A stretch of 64,000 nt of DNA from Candidatus Poribacteria bacterium (GCA_965218095.1 OZ244587.1:6240001-6304000), one strand, 5' to 3'; shown: positions 41,823-53,302, counted from the stretch's first letter. The notes: generated by a model not told the origin, from the sequence alone. Translations and numbers: made by a program.

Positions 41823-41983
41823 TGAGTATCACTCAGACAAAGAAGCGTTTCGTGTGGATCGAGAACAGTCAAGGGAGTTACAGTTACTGGGTTGGGTTGT
41901 ATTAAGATTCACAGGAAGTGAAATTAACTCCGATATTGATACCGTTGTTGACACTATTCAGCGAGCAATCAAGAAACAAGCCA

Positions 41984-42324
41984 TAAAGCGGGATTATGAC
42001 CACGCCATTGAAGACCTTACTAAAGCAATACAACTGAAGCCTGATTCTGCCTCCCTCTATCGCAAGCGTGGGTTAGCTTATCAGCAGAAAGGCGATCTTG
42101 CCCTTGCTGACGAAGACTTCACCAAAGTAATAGAATTGAAACGCGATTATGCCGAAGCCTACGTCTTGCATGCGCATAATTACTCTCTAAAGCGGGATTA
42201 TGACCACGCCATTGAAGACCTTACTAAAGCAATACAACTGAAGCCTGATTCTGCCTCCCTCTATCGCAGGCGTGGGTTGGTTTATCAGCAGAAAGGCGAT
42301 CATGCCCTTGCTGACGAAGACTTT
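41984..42324 (+). repeat. Near-identical internal duplication of TPR-coding DNA
   Basis: An approximately 137-bp unit starting TAAAGCGGGATTATGACCACGCC occurs at 41984 and 42188 (offset 204 bp). Confidence 0.9.
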
Positions 42325-42389
42325 GACAAAGGAAGAATGCTCTGAAACGCACAACGAAAAGCTAAACGAACCCAAAAGGAGCGTTGATT

Positions 42390-43540
42390 ATGACACAAGA
42401 CAGCCAAAAGATTCGCGGATCCACAGAAGATAATCAGTGGAAACGAAAGGTCAAAGAACGTGATGGAAAATGTCGTGCATGTGGGGCGTCCCTTAACCTC
42501 CAGGTACACCATATCAAACCGTTAGAAAAATATCGTACTTTGCTACTGAATTTGATAATGGCATCATACTCTGTGGGAACTGCCACACGCGTTTGAGAGG
42601 AAAAGAAGAAAGCACCAATCTTAAAACGATTGTGCTTGATACGCAAATCGATGAACAGTTAAAGTAGCTCAACGGTAAATTTTGCGATTATCTGGAACCT
42701 TTGTTAAAATCAGATGATCCAGACACAAGGAATAACGCAGTTTTTGATCTGTTGGTTCAACTCCAAATTTATCCTGATTCACTTAATCAATTTCTTCCCC
42801 TTATCGAACGTTTCCTAAACAAGGAAAATGAATCTGATGAAGCGCTTGCCGAACAGATAATAGTCGGATTTCTTAAATACAACTCAAGCAAGGCGGCGTC
42901 ACAAATTGTTTGCGAATACGAAGAACGGATTGAAGCCGAAAAACACAAACGGAACATGGAACCGGAAGTATAAGGTGTTCCAAACGATGAAGAGGCGGCC
43001 AAATGGTTTCGCAAAGCCGCTGAACAAGGACATCCTGAAGCACAGTATCGCCTTGGCAAGATGCATGCAGAAAGCAAGGTCGTTGTTAAAGACGATGGTG
43101 AAGGAACCGAATCGTTACCCAAAACCGATGAACAAAACCATGTCAAAGACAGCATTAGCCGTGACAGGGAATATATCGAATTTTGGGCACCGATCCGCAA
43201 AAAAGATCCACTATTTAAAGGAGAGCCTATAAGTTGCGATTGGCTTCGAAAAGACATTAAGAAGGTGCATCTGGAGCTCTACGTTCTCAATCACGATTGC
43301 TATGTTAAGTTGGTATTTCGTATGGAAAACAGATTGGAACGTCGGGATGAGGTCATGAAGTTATTCCCAAAATCGGAATACAGTTACGAATATAGGAAAG
43401 CAAAAAAGTCTGTATCAGTCAGATTCCCTGTCCTTAATAAGGGAAAGGAAGACCGGGGCGATTGGAATGAAATCCGCGAGAAATTGGTCAACATGGGATC
43501 CAACATCTACAATCGGATTAAGAAATCTAATCTGCAGTAA
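42390..43540 (+). pseudogene. HNH nuclease - helical linker - Sel1 - DUF4268-like protein, disrupted
   Basis: RDGKCRACG...VHHIKP / DNGIILCGNCH; linker paralogous to 60675..61571; KWFRKAAEQGHPEAQYRLG; C-terminal EYIEFW domain; frameshifts and stops. Confidence 0.75.
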
Positions 43541-43623
43541 GTCATATAATAACAGAACTTAAGAGCCTGTTGTGTTCTGCTTTGACAGGCTACTTGGAAA
43601 TGTTTTTGCTAGCAGCGGAGGGC

Positions 43624-44861
43624 TGTACTGCCATCGGAAATTTAGCCCATTGTCTAAACCAAGATTGTGATACAATGACAGTCAGATTGAAAGGAGAATC
43701 CGATGGCAAAACGAAGAAGATTCACACCCCAATTTAAGGCGGAAGTCGTTATTGAGGCACTTACCAACCAAAGTTCACAAGCGCAACTCTGTCGACAACA
43801 TAACCTCAGCGAAGAACAACTATCAAAGTGGAAACACCAACTCCTTGACAACGCAGCGATTCTCTTTGAATCCACTGATAAGCAATCCAACGACTCTAAA
43901 GAGCGGATTGCTCAACTGGAGCAACTCCTCGGTCGATTGACCCTAGCATTAGACATCCAAAAAAAGCCTCGACTTGGCTGACTTGAATCGGTTTCAAAAG
44001 CGACAGATGGTTGAGGCTTTACAGACCGATTACTCGGTTCGACACATTTGTGAGGTTCTCGGCTTCAATCAGAGCAGTCTCTATTATCAATCTAAAAGCG
44101 ACCCCTTAGAGCTAGTGCTACGAGATGAAATCGAAAAACTATCTGCCCGTTATCCGAAATATGGCTATAGGCGTATCACGCAGTTGCTGTTGCGTATGGG
44201 ATACACGGTCGGTTACCGACGCATCGCCCGATTGATGAAAGCGGATAATCTGTGGGTCGCCGTAAAATGTGGCAGTCAAACCACCCAATCGTTTGACTGT
44301 GTTGGTCAATCGGTCAATCGGGTTGAGAATCTTGACATCTGTCGAAGCAATCAAGTTTGGGTCGGTGATATTACCTATGTCCGACTCAAAGGACAATTCG
44401 TCTATGTTTCGGTGTTAATCGATGTCTTGACCCGAATGATAAGAGGTTGGCAGATGAGTCGGCACTTGACACAACCTCTCACATTAAGACCGTTGCAACA
44501 GGCATTAAGCCAAAGCATTCCAGAAATTCATCATAGCGACCAGGGAGTTGAGTATCTTCCGACAGCCTATATTTCCACGCTTATCGGTCATGGGGTTGAG
44601 ATTTCCTTAGCGCATTGGGGGTGTCCGTGGGAGAACGGCTATGCTGAGAGGCTGATAAGAACCCTCAAGGAGGAAGAGGTCCATCTCAATGACCACGATG
44701 ATATAATGGATGCCAGAGCGCGAATCGGTCATTTTATTGGACAGGTTTATAACCAGAAACGACCTCACTCGGCGTTAGGGTATTTGACGCCAGTTGAATT
44801 TGAGCAAAAACACTTGTCTTAACTTTGATGATTTCTGGTCTAAATTAACGTTGGCACTTCA
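43624..44861 (+). mobile_element. IS3-family element, second type (orfA 43703..43981, orfB to 44822)
   Basis: TG...CA ends TGTACTGCCATCGGAAATTTAG / revcomp TGAAGTGCCAACGTTAATTTAG; AAAAAAAG slippery site; WVGDITY, HHSDQG, ERLIRTLKEE; no clean TSD. Confidence 0.93.
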
Positions 44862-44980
44862 GCCATCTGTTGATCTTTTCACGGCGACGGATCTGTTCAA
44901 TGGTTGGTCCACTGTTCGATCGTGGCATAAATCTTGGTTTCTTCCTCCTAATTGAATTTGTTATTTTCTCAGGCTTACCC

Positions 44981-46678
44981 TTATCCAGTAACAGCGCCTT
45001 CAGATGCTGAAGAGACGAGACGCGCGTATTTCGCCATCACGCCGCGAGTGTAAGGCGGGGCTGGCGACGTCCAGTTGTCGAGTCGCGCTCGGATCTCCTC
45101 GTCCGAAAGTTCAACGTTGATTCGAAGCGTTTCGGCGTCAATTACAACGGTGTCGCCGTCACGTAATATCGCGATTGGCCCACCGTGTGCCGCTTCCGGC
45201 GCAATGTGGCAAACCATAAAGCCGTGCGTGGCGCCAGAAAACCGGCCGTCCGTTAAGAGAGCGACATCTTCACCCAGTCCAGCCCCGACGATTGCGGCGG
45301 TGACACCGAGCATTTCTCGCATACCGGGGCCACCGGCGGGGCCTTCATAGCGGATGACAACCACATCACCCGGCTGGATGGCTCCGCCCTTAATCGCCGC
45401 GAAGGTGTCTTCTTCACGTTCAAAGATACGCGCGGGGCCTCTATGGACAATCCTATCATGGCCGGCTAACTTAATTACACAGCCGTCGGGGGCGAGGTTG
45501 CCTCTGAGAATCGCAAACCCACCGGTTGGCTTGATTGGATTCGATATGGGACGGACAACTTCCTGTCCTTCCTCTTCGAGAGCCTGAGTGGCTTCCTCAC
45601 CGATGGTTTTTCCCGTCACGGTGAGTTCATCGGTGTAGAGAAGTCCGGCTTCCATCAGCCGTTTGGCGACAAGTTGAATGCCACCCGCACGGTGCAGGTC
45701 CGCGGCGACAAAACGACCGCCGGGTCTGAGGTCTACAAAAATCGGCGTCCGCGATCTGATTTCTTCAAAGTCGTCGATTGTCAGCGGTATATTTGCTTCG
45801 TGTGCAATTGCGAGCAGATGAAGGACGCCATTCGTCGAGCCGCCTGTTGTTGCAACTGAAGCAATCGCGTTTTCGAGCGAACGACGGGTGATAATCTGGC
45901 TTGGTCGTCGATCAGCCGCCAGCATGTCCATAACCAACTCGCCAGCTTGGAATGCAACGTCGTCTTTATTCCCATCCACTGCTGGGACACTGCCGCTTCC
46001 CATTGGCGCCATGCCGAGGATTTCGACAGCGGTTGCCATCGTGTTGGCGGTGTATTGTCCGCCGCACGCCCCCGGTCCGGGACAGCCTTTGCTAATCAGG
46101 TCGTCGAGGGCTTCAACGGTGATTTTGCCCGTAGCGTGCACCCCCACCGCCTCGAAAACCTCCATGATCGTTACATCTTTCCCCTGGAAGCGGCCAGGCA
46201 TGATTGACCCGCCGTAAAGCGTCAGTGAGGGGACATCCAAACGGGCAAGCGCCATCATTGTTCCGGGAACGGTTTTGTCGCATCCACAGAGCGCAACAAC
46301 CGCATCAAACATGTTACCGCGGCAGACGAGCTCAATGGAATCCGCAATTATCTCCCGACTGATGAGCGATGCCTTCATCCCCTCGGTGCCCATCGTGATT
46401 CCGTCTGAAATACTTACCGTGTTAAATTCGAGAGGGGTTCCTCCAGCCGCACGGATTCCTTCCTTCACCTTCGCAGCGAGATGGCGAAGGTGGTAGTTAC
46501 AGGGACCAATCTCGATCCATGTGTTGGCAACACCGATGATCGGCTTATCCAGATCTTCTGGCTTGAGTCCGTCCTCACCAAACATCAGCATCGCTCGCGC
46601 CGCCGCCCGATCTGGTCCATCTGTAATCGCATAGCTCTGGCGTTTGAGTTCATTTCTCATATTTTGCTGTATCTCCAA
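44981..46678 (-). CDS. ilvD: Dihydroxy-acid dehydratase
   Basis: [47 protein letters not shown]. Confidence 0.97.
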   Translation of the reverse strand: MEIQQNMRNELKRQSYAITDGPDRAAARAMLMFGEDGLKPEDLDKPIIGVANTWIEIGPCNYHLRHLAAKVKEGIRAAGGTPLEFNTVSISDGITMGTEGMKASLISREIIADSIELVCRGNMFDAVVALCGCDKTVPGTMMALARLDVPSLTLYGGSIMPGRFQGKDVTIMEVFEAVGVHATGKITVEALDDLISKGCPGPGACGGQYTANTMATAVEILGMAPMGSGSVPAVDGNKDDVAFQAGELVMDMLAADRRPSQIITRRSLENAIASVATTGGSTNGVLHLLAIAHEANIPLTIDDFEEIRSRTPIFVDLRPGGRFVAADLHRAGGIQLVAKRLMEAGLLYTDELTVTGKTIGEEATQALEEEGQEVVRPISNPIKPTGGFAILRGNLAPDGCVIKLAGHDRIVHRGPARIFEREEDTFAAIKGGAIQPGDVVVIRYEGPAGGPGMREMLGVTAAIVGAGLGEDVALLTDGRFSGATHGFMVCHIAPEAAHGGPIAILRDGDTVVIDAETLRINVELSDEEIRARLDNWTSPAPPYTRGVMAKYARLVSSASEGAVTG

Positions 46679-46689
46679 TTATGTGTATT

Positions 46690-47300
46690 TCAGTCAATCA
46701 TACTCAACAAAATCCCTAAAATTTTATCCACATCACCAAGATAATATTCCCCTATGTCAACATAGACGATTTGATCTTCAAGTTTCAGAAATTTCCAAAC
46801 GTTTCCTGTTGTGACAACACCATAGATTGTAGAAATCCCTTTTTCCCCCTGTTCATTGAACAATTTTGCGGCAACCATTTCCGCGACACATCGCCCAATT
46901 TCTCTAATGATATTTTTCATTTTTGGCTTCGGCAACAACAATCACCGGTGCTTTGATAAAGAGCTGCTCTGGCGATCGGCTGATGATAAAATCGCACACC
47001 CCGGTCAACCCTTTTTCTTTGTCCACATTGAATGGACGTCCAGAAAACAGGCTAATCGAGGGTACTGCCAAGTCTCGGAATTCGAGCAGAATTGGCGCAG
47101 CGATCATTTCCGATCGAGATTTTTCGGTGTTGATCGCCAGCGCCAGGGAAGACATTTCTTGCGAGCGTTTGGTCGAGCAGATCGCTGGTTTTGACTCCCT
47201 CCACCGTAGAAAACAGATCGTTTGTTTCATCAGTTTGTAATTGAAATGCTTCCTGTGCCTCTAGTCTTGATAAAAATCCGATCGACAGTTGAATATGCTT
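46690..47300 (-). pseudogene. PD-(D/E)xK-like hypothetical protein, frameshifted
   Basis: EKSRSEMIAAPILLE, GVCDFI, VAEAKNE / GRCVAEMVAA...YGVVTTG..WKFL in different frames. Confidence 0.75.
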
Positions 47301-47362
47301 GAACCTTTCCTGGTTTCAAGAACTTTGTTGGAGACCTACTCAAGCAATACGATACCACTTTG

Positions 47363-47842
47363 TTATATCGGCTTCACGCGGAACAACGGCTGATCAAACT
47401 CAACAGCAGTGGCGTTTTCAACGAGGATCTCAAGGATTTCACACGGAAAGCCCGGTGTAACCGGGTTAAAGATTTTCATCGCTTCAATCAAGCATAAGGT
47501 ATCCTCTTCGGAGACGACCGTCCCGACCTCTACATAGAGTGGCTCTTCCGGTGATGGCGACTGATAAAACAAGCCTGGCATCGGCGATCGAATGATTTCT
47601 CCCGCTTCCTGTGGTAGCTGCACGGCTGAAGAGGACACAGAAGACTCTGTTTGCTGTATTTCCGACGAGGATACCGCATTGGTTTGATGGAGAAAGGAGG
47701 AAGGCACGAAATTACCGTCGCGCCGAACCTTCAAGGTAATTTCGCCCTCGTGCAGGTAGACCTCCATCAGATCCCGGTCCTCCATGATTTCGCAGACTTG
47801 CTGGAGCAGATCTATGGCGGATGACGATTTATTTTCGGGCAT
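47363..47842 (-). CDS. accB: Biotin carboxyl carrier protein
   Basis: SPMPG.FY, IEAMK, VEFDQPLF. Confidence 0.93.
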   Translation of the reverse strand: MPENKSSSAIDLLQQVCEIMEDRDLMEVYLHEGEITLKVRRDGNFVPSSFLHQTNAVSSSEIQQTESSVSSSAVQLPQEAGEIIRSPMPGLFYQSPSPEEPLYVEVGTVVSEEDTLCLIEAMKIFNPVTPGFPCEILEILVENATAVEFDQPLFRVKPI

Positions 47843-47845
47843 GGC

Positions 47846-48403
47846 TTAAACCCTCTCTACATACGTTCCTGTGCGGGTATCAACCTTGATTGTCGTCCCA
47901 TTTCCGACAAACAGGGGAACCTGGACAACGCCGCCTGTTTCCAATGTCGCTGGCTTTGACCCGCCGCTAGCGGTATCGCCGCGCACACCAGGGTCTGTTT
48001 CGACAATTTTGAGTTCTACAAATGTCGGCAATTCGATCGTCACTGGCGTATTCCCGTCAACTTTGACCTTAATCGTTTCTCCTTCCTTGAGAAACTTTAG
48101 CCCATCGCTAACAAGATCTTCTGATAGTGCGTGTTGCTCAAAAGTCTCGTTGTCCATAAAATGCAATAGATTTCCATCACTATACATGTACTGCATTTCA
48201 CAATCTTCAAGACGAACGGTTTCGATCGTATCTTTTGAGCGGAACGTCCGATCGATCACCGCTCCATCGGTGACCCGCTTGAGCTTGGTGCGAGCGAATG
48301 CGCCGCCTTTGCCGGGCTTGACATGTTGACAATTCACGATGATGTAAATAACGTTATTGAGCCTGATGACTAAACCATTTCGTAAATCATTGAGCGTTGC
48401 CAT
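47846..48403 (-). CDS. efp: Elongation factor P
   Basis: HVKPGKGGAF, PGVRGDT, KPATLETG, VPLF, VDTRTGTY. Confidence 0.98.
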   Translation of the reverse strand: MATLNDLRNGLVIRLNNVIYIIVNCQHVKPGKGGAFARTKLKRVTDGAVIDRTFRSKDTIETVRLEDCEMQYMYSDGNLLHFMDNETFEQHALSEDLVSDGLKFLKEGETIKVKVDGNTPVTIELPTFVELKIVETDPGVRGDTASGGSKPATLETGGVVQVPLFVGNGTTIKVDTRTGTYVERV

Positions 48404-48477
48404 AAAACTCTCCTTAAATCAATTATAATTTAATAACGTGTGCAAGCCAAACAAACGCCTTCGACATCGAACGGATT

Positions 48478-49281
48478 TTACAAATCGATGCCTGTTGCGC
48501 CTATAATGAGCATCGTTTTGGGATTTTGTACATACCCAATAATAGAAGCGTTTTTGATGACGACCGAAGAAGGCACAGATAGTTCGACCTGTCCATTGAC
48601 TGCTTTGCTGAACTCAATCGTTTCAAATGCCCGCACGACGTTTTCATGTTTTAATGTACGCCCGCTATTTTCGCCGCTTCGAATATGCTGTGTAATTTCG
48701 CGCTCAACCAAAGTGACATGCAATACACTTTGCCCTGGAGCCTTGGACACCTTAAATTCAACGACCACTTTACCGGAGTCAAGCTTTGCACGCGGTTTTA
48801 ATATCACATTGACCCCGTCGTGCGAACGGGATTGCTTCAACGCTGAGTTGATTGCCGAAGTTCCTCGTCTTCGATCGGAACCCACAAATGCTTGCGTTCC
48901 ATTGACAATCATTTGTGGCGTGTAAATCCGTCCTGAATGCGTAACTTGAGCGTATCTTCTTTGACGGTTTGAATAACGGCTATCACTAAATGGGTCCTTC
49001 CATCCAAGATAATTCCAGTAATCTACATGAAAAGCCAAGGCAAAAATCTGTTGATTTTCTTTACGGGCGCCCTGCTCGATTTCGCTGAGAAACTTCTCAG
49101 CCGGCGGACAACTGGATCACCCTTCTGATGTAAATAATTCCACGACAGCGAATGGGAGTGGCGCTCGTTGAGCGACAGAATTAGAATCGTTTCTTCCTGA
49201 CAATTGAGCTTGAGCACTGCCCCACAGAATCAAAAGTAAGAGTAGGCAGGCAATTTGCGAGAACAAACCTTGAATCTTCAT
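48478..49281 (-). CDS. Exported DUF1223 thioredoxin-fold protein, probable selenoprotein (UxxC, TGA at 49117-49119)
   Basis: ORFs 49117..49320 and 48478..49038 are in frame: VVELFTSEG-TGA-SSCPPA...FHVDYWNYLGWKDPFS...YTPQ...GENSGRTLKHENVVR; family motif is TSEGCSSCPPA. Confidence 0.8.
49084..49101 (-). promoter_or_regulatory. Candidate bacterial SECIS hairpin
   Basis: GCTGAGA-AGTT-TCTCAGC starting 15 nt after the TGA, with G in loop position 2. Confidence 0.65.
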
Positions 49282-49381
49282 TGTTGCTCCCTCTTTAGTA
49301 TAAATTGCTACTCTGAGCAAGGCATCTCACCAAACACGGTCACAAAGCCCTCCGCTTCGTTCAGAGTGATATTGCTTTATA

Positions 49382-49579
49382 TCATCTTCGTTGAGAACTT
49401 CGCATCCTGCGGCGGTAAACCACCAACCACATCACTATCGTGGCTGGTTCCGGGAACGAGTCCGCCGTGAAGTTGTTAAAGTTGAAGCCGCTACCACTTA
49501 CATAGGAGAGAACAACCTCCTGTCCAATGGCAACTCTATTATCGGTCGAGAAGTCAAAAACGTCATCTCCAAATCTCAT
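49382..49579 (-). pseudogene. Short ORF with a PEP-CTERM-like tail (remnant)
   Basis: Ends FPEPATIVMWLVVYRRR; no signal peptide; hydrophobic segment short. Confidence 0.35.
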
Positions 49580-49803
49580 TTCCTAGCTCCAGTAGGATGT
49601 TTTTTTAATTTGAAGTTGCTGCAATTACGTTAAGTTATCCTCAATTCCCTTTTTTGCTACACTATTATTTTGGCATAAAAGAGCAGTAAAGTCAAGAAGG
49701 TTAATCAATGTTTAACGGAAAAATGGAGAAATGTCTTTGGAAGCAACTCGTCCTCGATTAGATCGAAACAGCACGCAATTTGGACGACAGTCGGCAGATT
49801 GTG

Positions 49804-50856
49804 CTATTCAATCACCCCACCTCCTAAACAGATTCCACCGTCATAAAATACAGCAAATTGACCCGGCGCAATCCCCGAATCTTTAGTCGATATTCTTACA
49901 GCCAGGAGTTTTTCATCGATGGTTTCGATCGCGCAGTCATTCAGATAGGGACCATGACGAATTTTAACATGGAGTTCATGCTTCTCAGGTTTTCCAGAAA
50001 TCCAGTTTACATCGGCAACAGTAAATTGATTTCTGGCACACCAATCGTGGTAATCCTTATGAGAAACATAAACGATGCTATTTCCCGTGTCCTTCTTGAC
50101 CACATACCACGGACCACCGCTTAATCCTAACCCCTGACGCTGACCAATGGTATAGAACCAAAATCCGCGGTGTTGTCCAAGGACAGCCCCGGATTCCAGT
50201 TCGATAATATCTCCTATCTTTTCGCCCAGATGAAATTTGACGAAATCCGGGTGTTTTATTTTTCCCAAAAAACAGATTCCTTGACTGTCTTTACGGTCTT
50301 TATTGGGTAAATCGAACTTTTGAGCCAGCACCCTGACCTCCTTTTTCCACAGATGCCCAATGGGGAAAAGGATTCGGCTTAATTGCGCCTGGCTTAAACC
50401 CAATAAAAAGTAGGTTTGGTCTTTTACCGGATCTGGGGCTCTTTTTAAGACATATTTTCCGTTAGTTTCTTCAACTTGCGCATAATGTCCCGATGCCACT
50501 TTGTCATAACTGTCGTCGATTTTATTCAAGAACTCACCAAATTTTATGCGCTGATTACAGAAAATATCAGGACTTGGTGTACGTCCAGCCTTCAGTTCAT
50601 TCAGGGCATAGGTAACGACCTTTTTATGATATTCTGATTGAAGGGAAACAATTTTTAGGGGTACACCTGCCTGTTCACAAATGGCACGGGCATACTTCAG
50701 ATCTGTCTCCCACGGGCACTCACCCAGAAAGGCGAGCTCATCCTCTAACCATATTTTGAGGTAAAAAGCCGTGACATCGTGACCTTCTTCATTTTTGATT
50801 AAATGAAGCGCAACGGAGCTATCTACCCCGCCCGAAAGTAAAACAGCTATTTTCAT
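49804..50856 (-). CDS. mnmA: tRNA 2-thiouridylase MnmA
   Basis: SGGVDS, TPSPDIFCN, SGHYA, KDQTYFL, KDSQGICF, YTIGQRQG, PGQ. Confidence 0.97.
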   Translation of the reverse strand: MKIAVLLSGGVDSSVALHLIKNEEGHDVTAFYLKIWLEDELAFLGECPWETDLKYARAICEQAGVPLKIVSLQSEYHKKVVTYALNELKAGRTPSPDIFCNQRIKFGEFLNKIDDSYDKVASGHYAQVEETNGKYVLKRAPDPVKDQTYFLLGLSQAQLSRILFPIGHLWKKEVRVLAQKFDLPNKDRKDSQGICFLGKIKHPDFVKFHLGEKIGDIIELESGAVLGQHRGFWFYTIGQRQGLGLSGGPWYVVKKDTGNSIVYVSHKDYHDWCARNQFTVADVNWISGKPEKHELHVKIRHGPYLNDCAIETIDEKLLAVRISTKDSGIAPGQFAVFYDGGICLGGGVIE

Positions 50857-51041
50857 GTGAATCACTTCTGAATTTTTGCACTTTGAAGGGCAGTACCAGG
50901 TGGGCAGAAATGACTGCCACTTCTCGGTTATGCCGTTAGAATCGCGGCGATTGCCCTATGTGCGCCGAGCAAGAACGATGGATACAGCAGAACGTCCACA
51001 GCGGACATGATGCGCCCTTGATCTCCGAATACATCCCAAAA

Positions 51042-51491
51042 TCACTCAGTAGATGCCGATTCCCGCAAAATGTGAATCATCGCATCCAACGCGAGATCAT
51101 AACTATACACGCCGAAACCGCCAATCACACCGACAGAGATGGGGGAAACGTAAGAGTAGCAGCGGAAGGACTCACGCGCATAGATATTGGAAAGATGGAT
51201 TTCAACGACAGGAAGATGAACAGCGGACAAAGCATCTCGAATCGCGACGCTCGTATGGGTGTAAGCCGCGGGGTTGATCAGAATGCCCTCCGCCCAATCA
51301 ATATTGTCGCCAATGACGGAGACAATCTCCCCTTCGTGGTTTGATTGGCAGATCTTGAGTTCAACGTCCCGTTTCGAGGCAATTTCGCGCAGGTGTAAAT
51401 TGATGTCCCCCAGCGTTTGATTACCGTAAATTTCGGGTTGACGTTTACCCAAAAGTTGGAGGTTCGGCCCGTGAATCAGTAGAATCTTCAT
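51042..51491 (-). CDS. aroQ: Type II 3-dehydroquinate dehydratase
   Basis: HGPNL.LLGKRQPEIYG, QSNHEG, NPAAYTHTS, EIHLSN. Confidence 0.96.
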   Translation of the reverse strand: MKILLIHGPNLQLLGKRQPEIYGNQTLGDINLHLREIASKRDVELKICQSNHEGEIVSVIGDNIDWAEGILINPAAYTHTSVAIRDALSAVHLPVVEIHLSNIYARESFRCYSYVSPISVGVIGGFGVYSYDLALDAMIHILRESASTE

Positions 51492-51495
51492 CTTT

Positions 51496-52152
51496 TCAGT
51501 CCCCTTGAGCAAAGTCTTTCGGCTTGAATTTAGAATCGTTCATGATTCTTACCATCCTATCATCCCCCAAACCAACAACGAACAGCCTGTGTTGGTAGGC
51601 AAATCGATCCGCCCCTTCATCGAAACTCACTCCTGCCACAGCGGCATAGATCTGTTTTCCTTTATATTCCGGGAAGAATTCCTCAGATCGCTTGAGTTCA
51701 TCAAAGAAATCACGAACATCATCAATTTTTAAGGTGGTTTTGACTTCGATAACAACAACGGCATCATCGTTTTTCAAGAGAAGATCGACTTCCATCTGCG
51801 TACCGTTACGTGGCTGTTTCATTCTCGGACAGCTTCCTGTCACCCCTATTCCTCTTTCCTGAAAAATCCTTACACTACCTGGTTCAACCAACGCCTCAAT
51901 CAGTTTTCCCCATTGACTTGTAAAGAGATCAGCAAGCTCCCTGATTTTTTGATCGGTCTCTTTAAAGAGTTCTCGAAGCTTCTGGAAACCCACAACCATT
52001 TCCTGATGAAGTAGATTCATCCTTTCATCTCTTTCCCGGAGCTCTTTGGCGAGTCTCTCGTCTGTCTCCCGAAACAATTTCCGAATTTCATCAAATGATT
52101 GTTGTACATCTTGCTGCATGATAGCTATACTCTCCTGAACCTTGGTTGACAT
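51496..52152 (-). CDS. Coiled-coil plus PD-(D/E)xK nuclease-like protein (DUF3782-like)
   Basis: ETD repeats, QWGKLIE, EVDLLL...VIEVKT. Confidence 0.75.
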   Translation of the reverse strand: MSTKVQESIAIMQQDVQQSFDEIRKLFRETDERLAKELRERDERMNLLHQEMVVGFQKLRELFKETDQKIRELADLFTSQWGKLIEALVEPGSVRIFQERGIGVTGSCPRMKQPRNGTQMEVDLLLKNDDAVVVIEVKTTLKIDDVRDFFDELKRSEEFFPEYKGKQIYAAVAGVSFDEGADRFAYQHRLFVVGLGDDRMVRIMNDSKFKPKDFAQGD

Positions 52153-52207
52153 TTACTGTCCTCAAACTACTCGCTTGATGCTCGCGTCGCTTGGATCTAC
52201 TTCAACT

Positions 52208-53302
52208 TTAGACACTTTTCATGCACCGCGAAATCGCTTTGGTGATTGTTGCATCGGCCACATCGTCGAGGATAACCACTTCACCGATCCGTGTCGGCAG
52301 GATGAGCTGTAACTTCCCGCCCTTTGCCTTCTTGTCGAGGAACATTGTGTCAATGAGTTCCACAGATTGAATCTCTGGCGGAAAATGCACAGGGAGCGGC
52401 ACACGTTGCAAGAGATTTCTTTGCCGTTCCCAATCCGCTGCATCTAGCATGCCCAAATTGACAGCGAGTTGCGCGGCACAGTTCATGCCGATTGCAACCG
52501 CTTCACCGTGTCGGTAGGTGTTGTAATCCGTCAACGTTTCGAGCGCATGACCGAAGGTATGCCCATAGTTCAGTGTCGCCCGTAGTCCGCTATCTTTCTC
52601 ATCACTCGCCACGACACGCGCTTTGTCCGCACACGATTGCGCAACAATATCAATTAGGATCGACGCCTCCAAATCAAGGATTTCCTCAAGATTTGCCTCT
52701 ATCTGCTCGAACAACGGGGCATCCATAATTACGCCGTGCTTGATAATTTCGACGAGTCCCGACCGAATTTCAGGCGGCGGCAATGTCTGCAAAGTCGTTA
52801 CATCAATGAGAACTAATCTGGGTTGATGAAACGCACCGATAAGGTTTTTGCCCTTCGGGTGATTGATCGCCGTTTTGCCGCCAACGCTGGCATCGACCTG
52901 AGCCTGTAACGTCGTTGGGACCTGAACATACGAGATGCCGCGCATATACGTTGCAGCGACGAAGCCGGCGAGGTCTCCAATGACCCCGCCGCCCAGTGCG
53001 ATCAGGGTTGAAGCCCTATCCATGCGATAGTCGATTAGTTGATCATGCAGTTTGGCAAACCACTCGAAGGACTTATGTTCCTCACCAGCAGGAACTTCAA
53101 CGATACGTGGATCAAATCCAGCCTTCGATAAGCTGCCCAACACCGTTCCACCGTAGCGTTTGCTCACAAATGTGTCGGCAACAATAATCACCCTCGGCGA
53201 TTTTGCTTTCGGCTTTAATAATCCTCCAAGCTGATTCAGGAGACCTTGATCGACAATGATCGGATAGCTATTTTCGCCAAGTTCAACGTGAATGGATCGC
53301 AT
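52208..53302 (-). CDS. aroB: 3-dehydroquinate synthase
   Basis: GGGVIGD, PTTL, DASVGGKT, KNLIGAF, LNYGHTFGHA, HGEAV. Confidence 0.97.
   Translation of the reverse strand: MRSIHVELGENSYPIIVDQGLLNQLGGLLKPKAKSPRVIIVADTFVSKRYGGTVLGSLSKAGFDPRIVEVPAGEEHKSFEWFAKLHDQLIDYRMDRASTLIALGGGVIGDLAGFVAATYMRGISYVQVPTTLQAQVDASVGGKTAINHPKGKNLIGAFHQPRLVLIDVTTLQTLPPPEIRSGLVEIIKHGVIMDAPLFEQIEANLEEILDLEASILIDIVAQSCADKARVVASDEKDSGLRATLNYGHTFGHALETLTDYNTYRHGEAVAIGMNCAAQLAVNLGMLDAADWERQRNLLQRVPLPVHFPPEIQSVELIDTMFLDKKAKGGKLQLILPTRIGEVVILDDVADATITKAISRCMKSV

Larger units (their letters stand above)
40352..42345 (+). pseudogene. DUF559 (Vsr-like nuclease) plus TPR protein, split by IS3
   Basis: ESPIE...RLDFA...AIYCDGY|EYH...DR...LQLLGWVVLRFTGSEI then TPRs; removing the IS and one TGA restores the frame. 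Confidence 0.85.

Noticed and set aside
41984-42324. CRISPR array or DGR template/variable repeat pair
   Set aside because: Both copies are in-frame TPR coding units; there are no spacers, no reverse transcriptase, and no adenine-specific mismatch pattern
40570-44861. Composite transposon bounded by the two IS3 elements
   Set aside because: The two elements differ in sequence, and the first has its own TSD, so they inserted independently
50870-51035. Small Cys-rich ORF between aroQ and mnmA
   Set aside because: About 32 codons, with no recognisable motif or clear RBS
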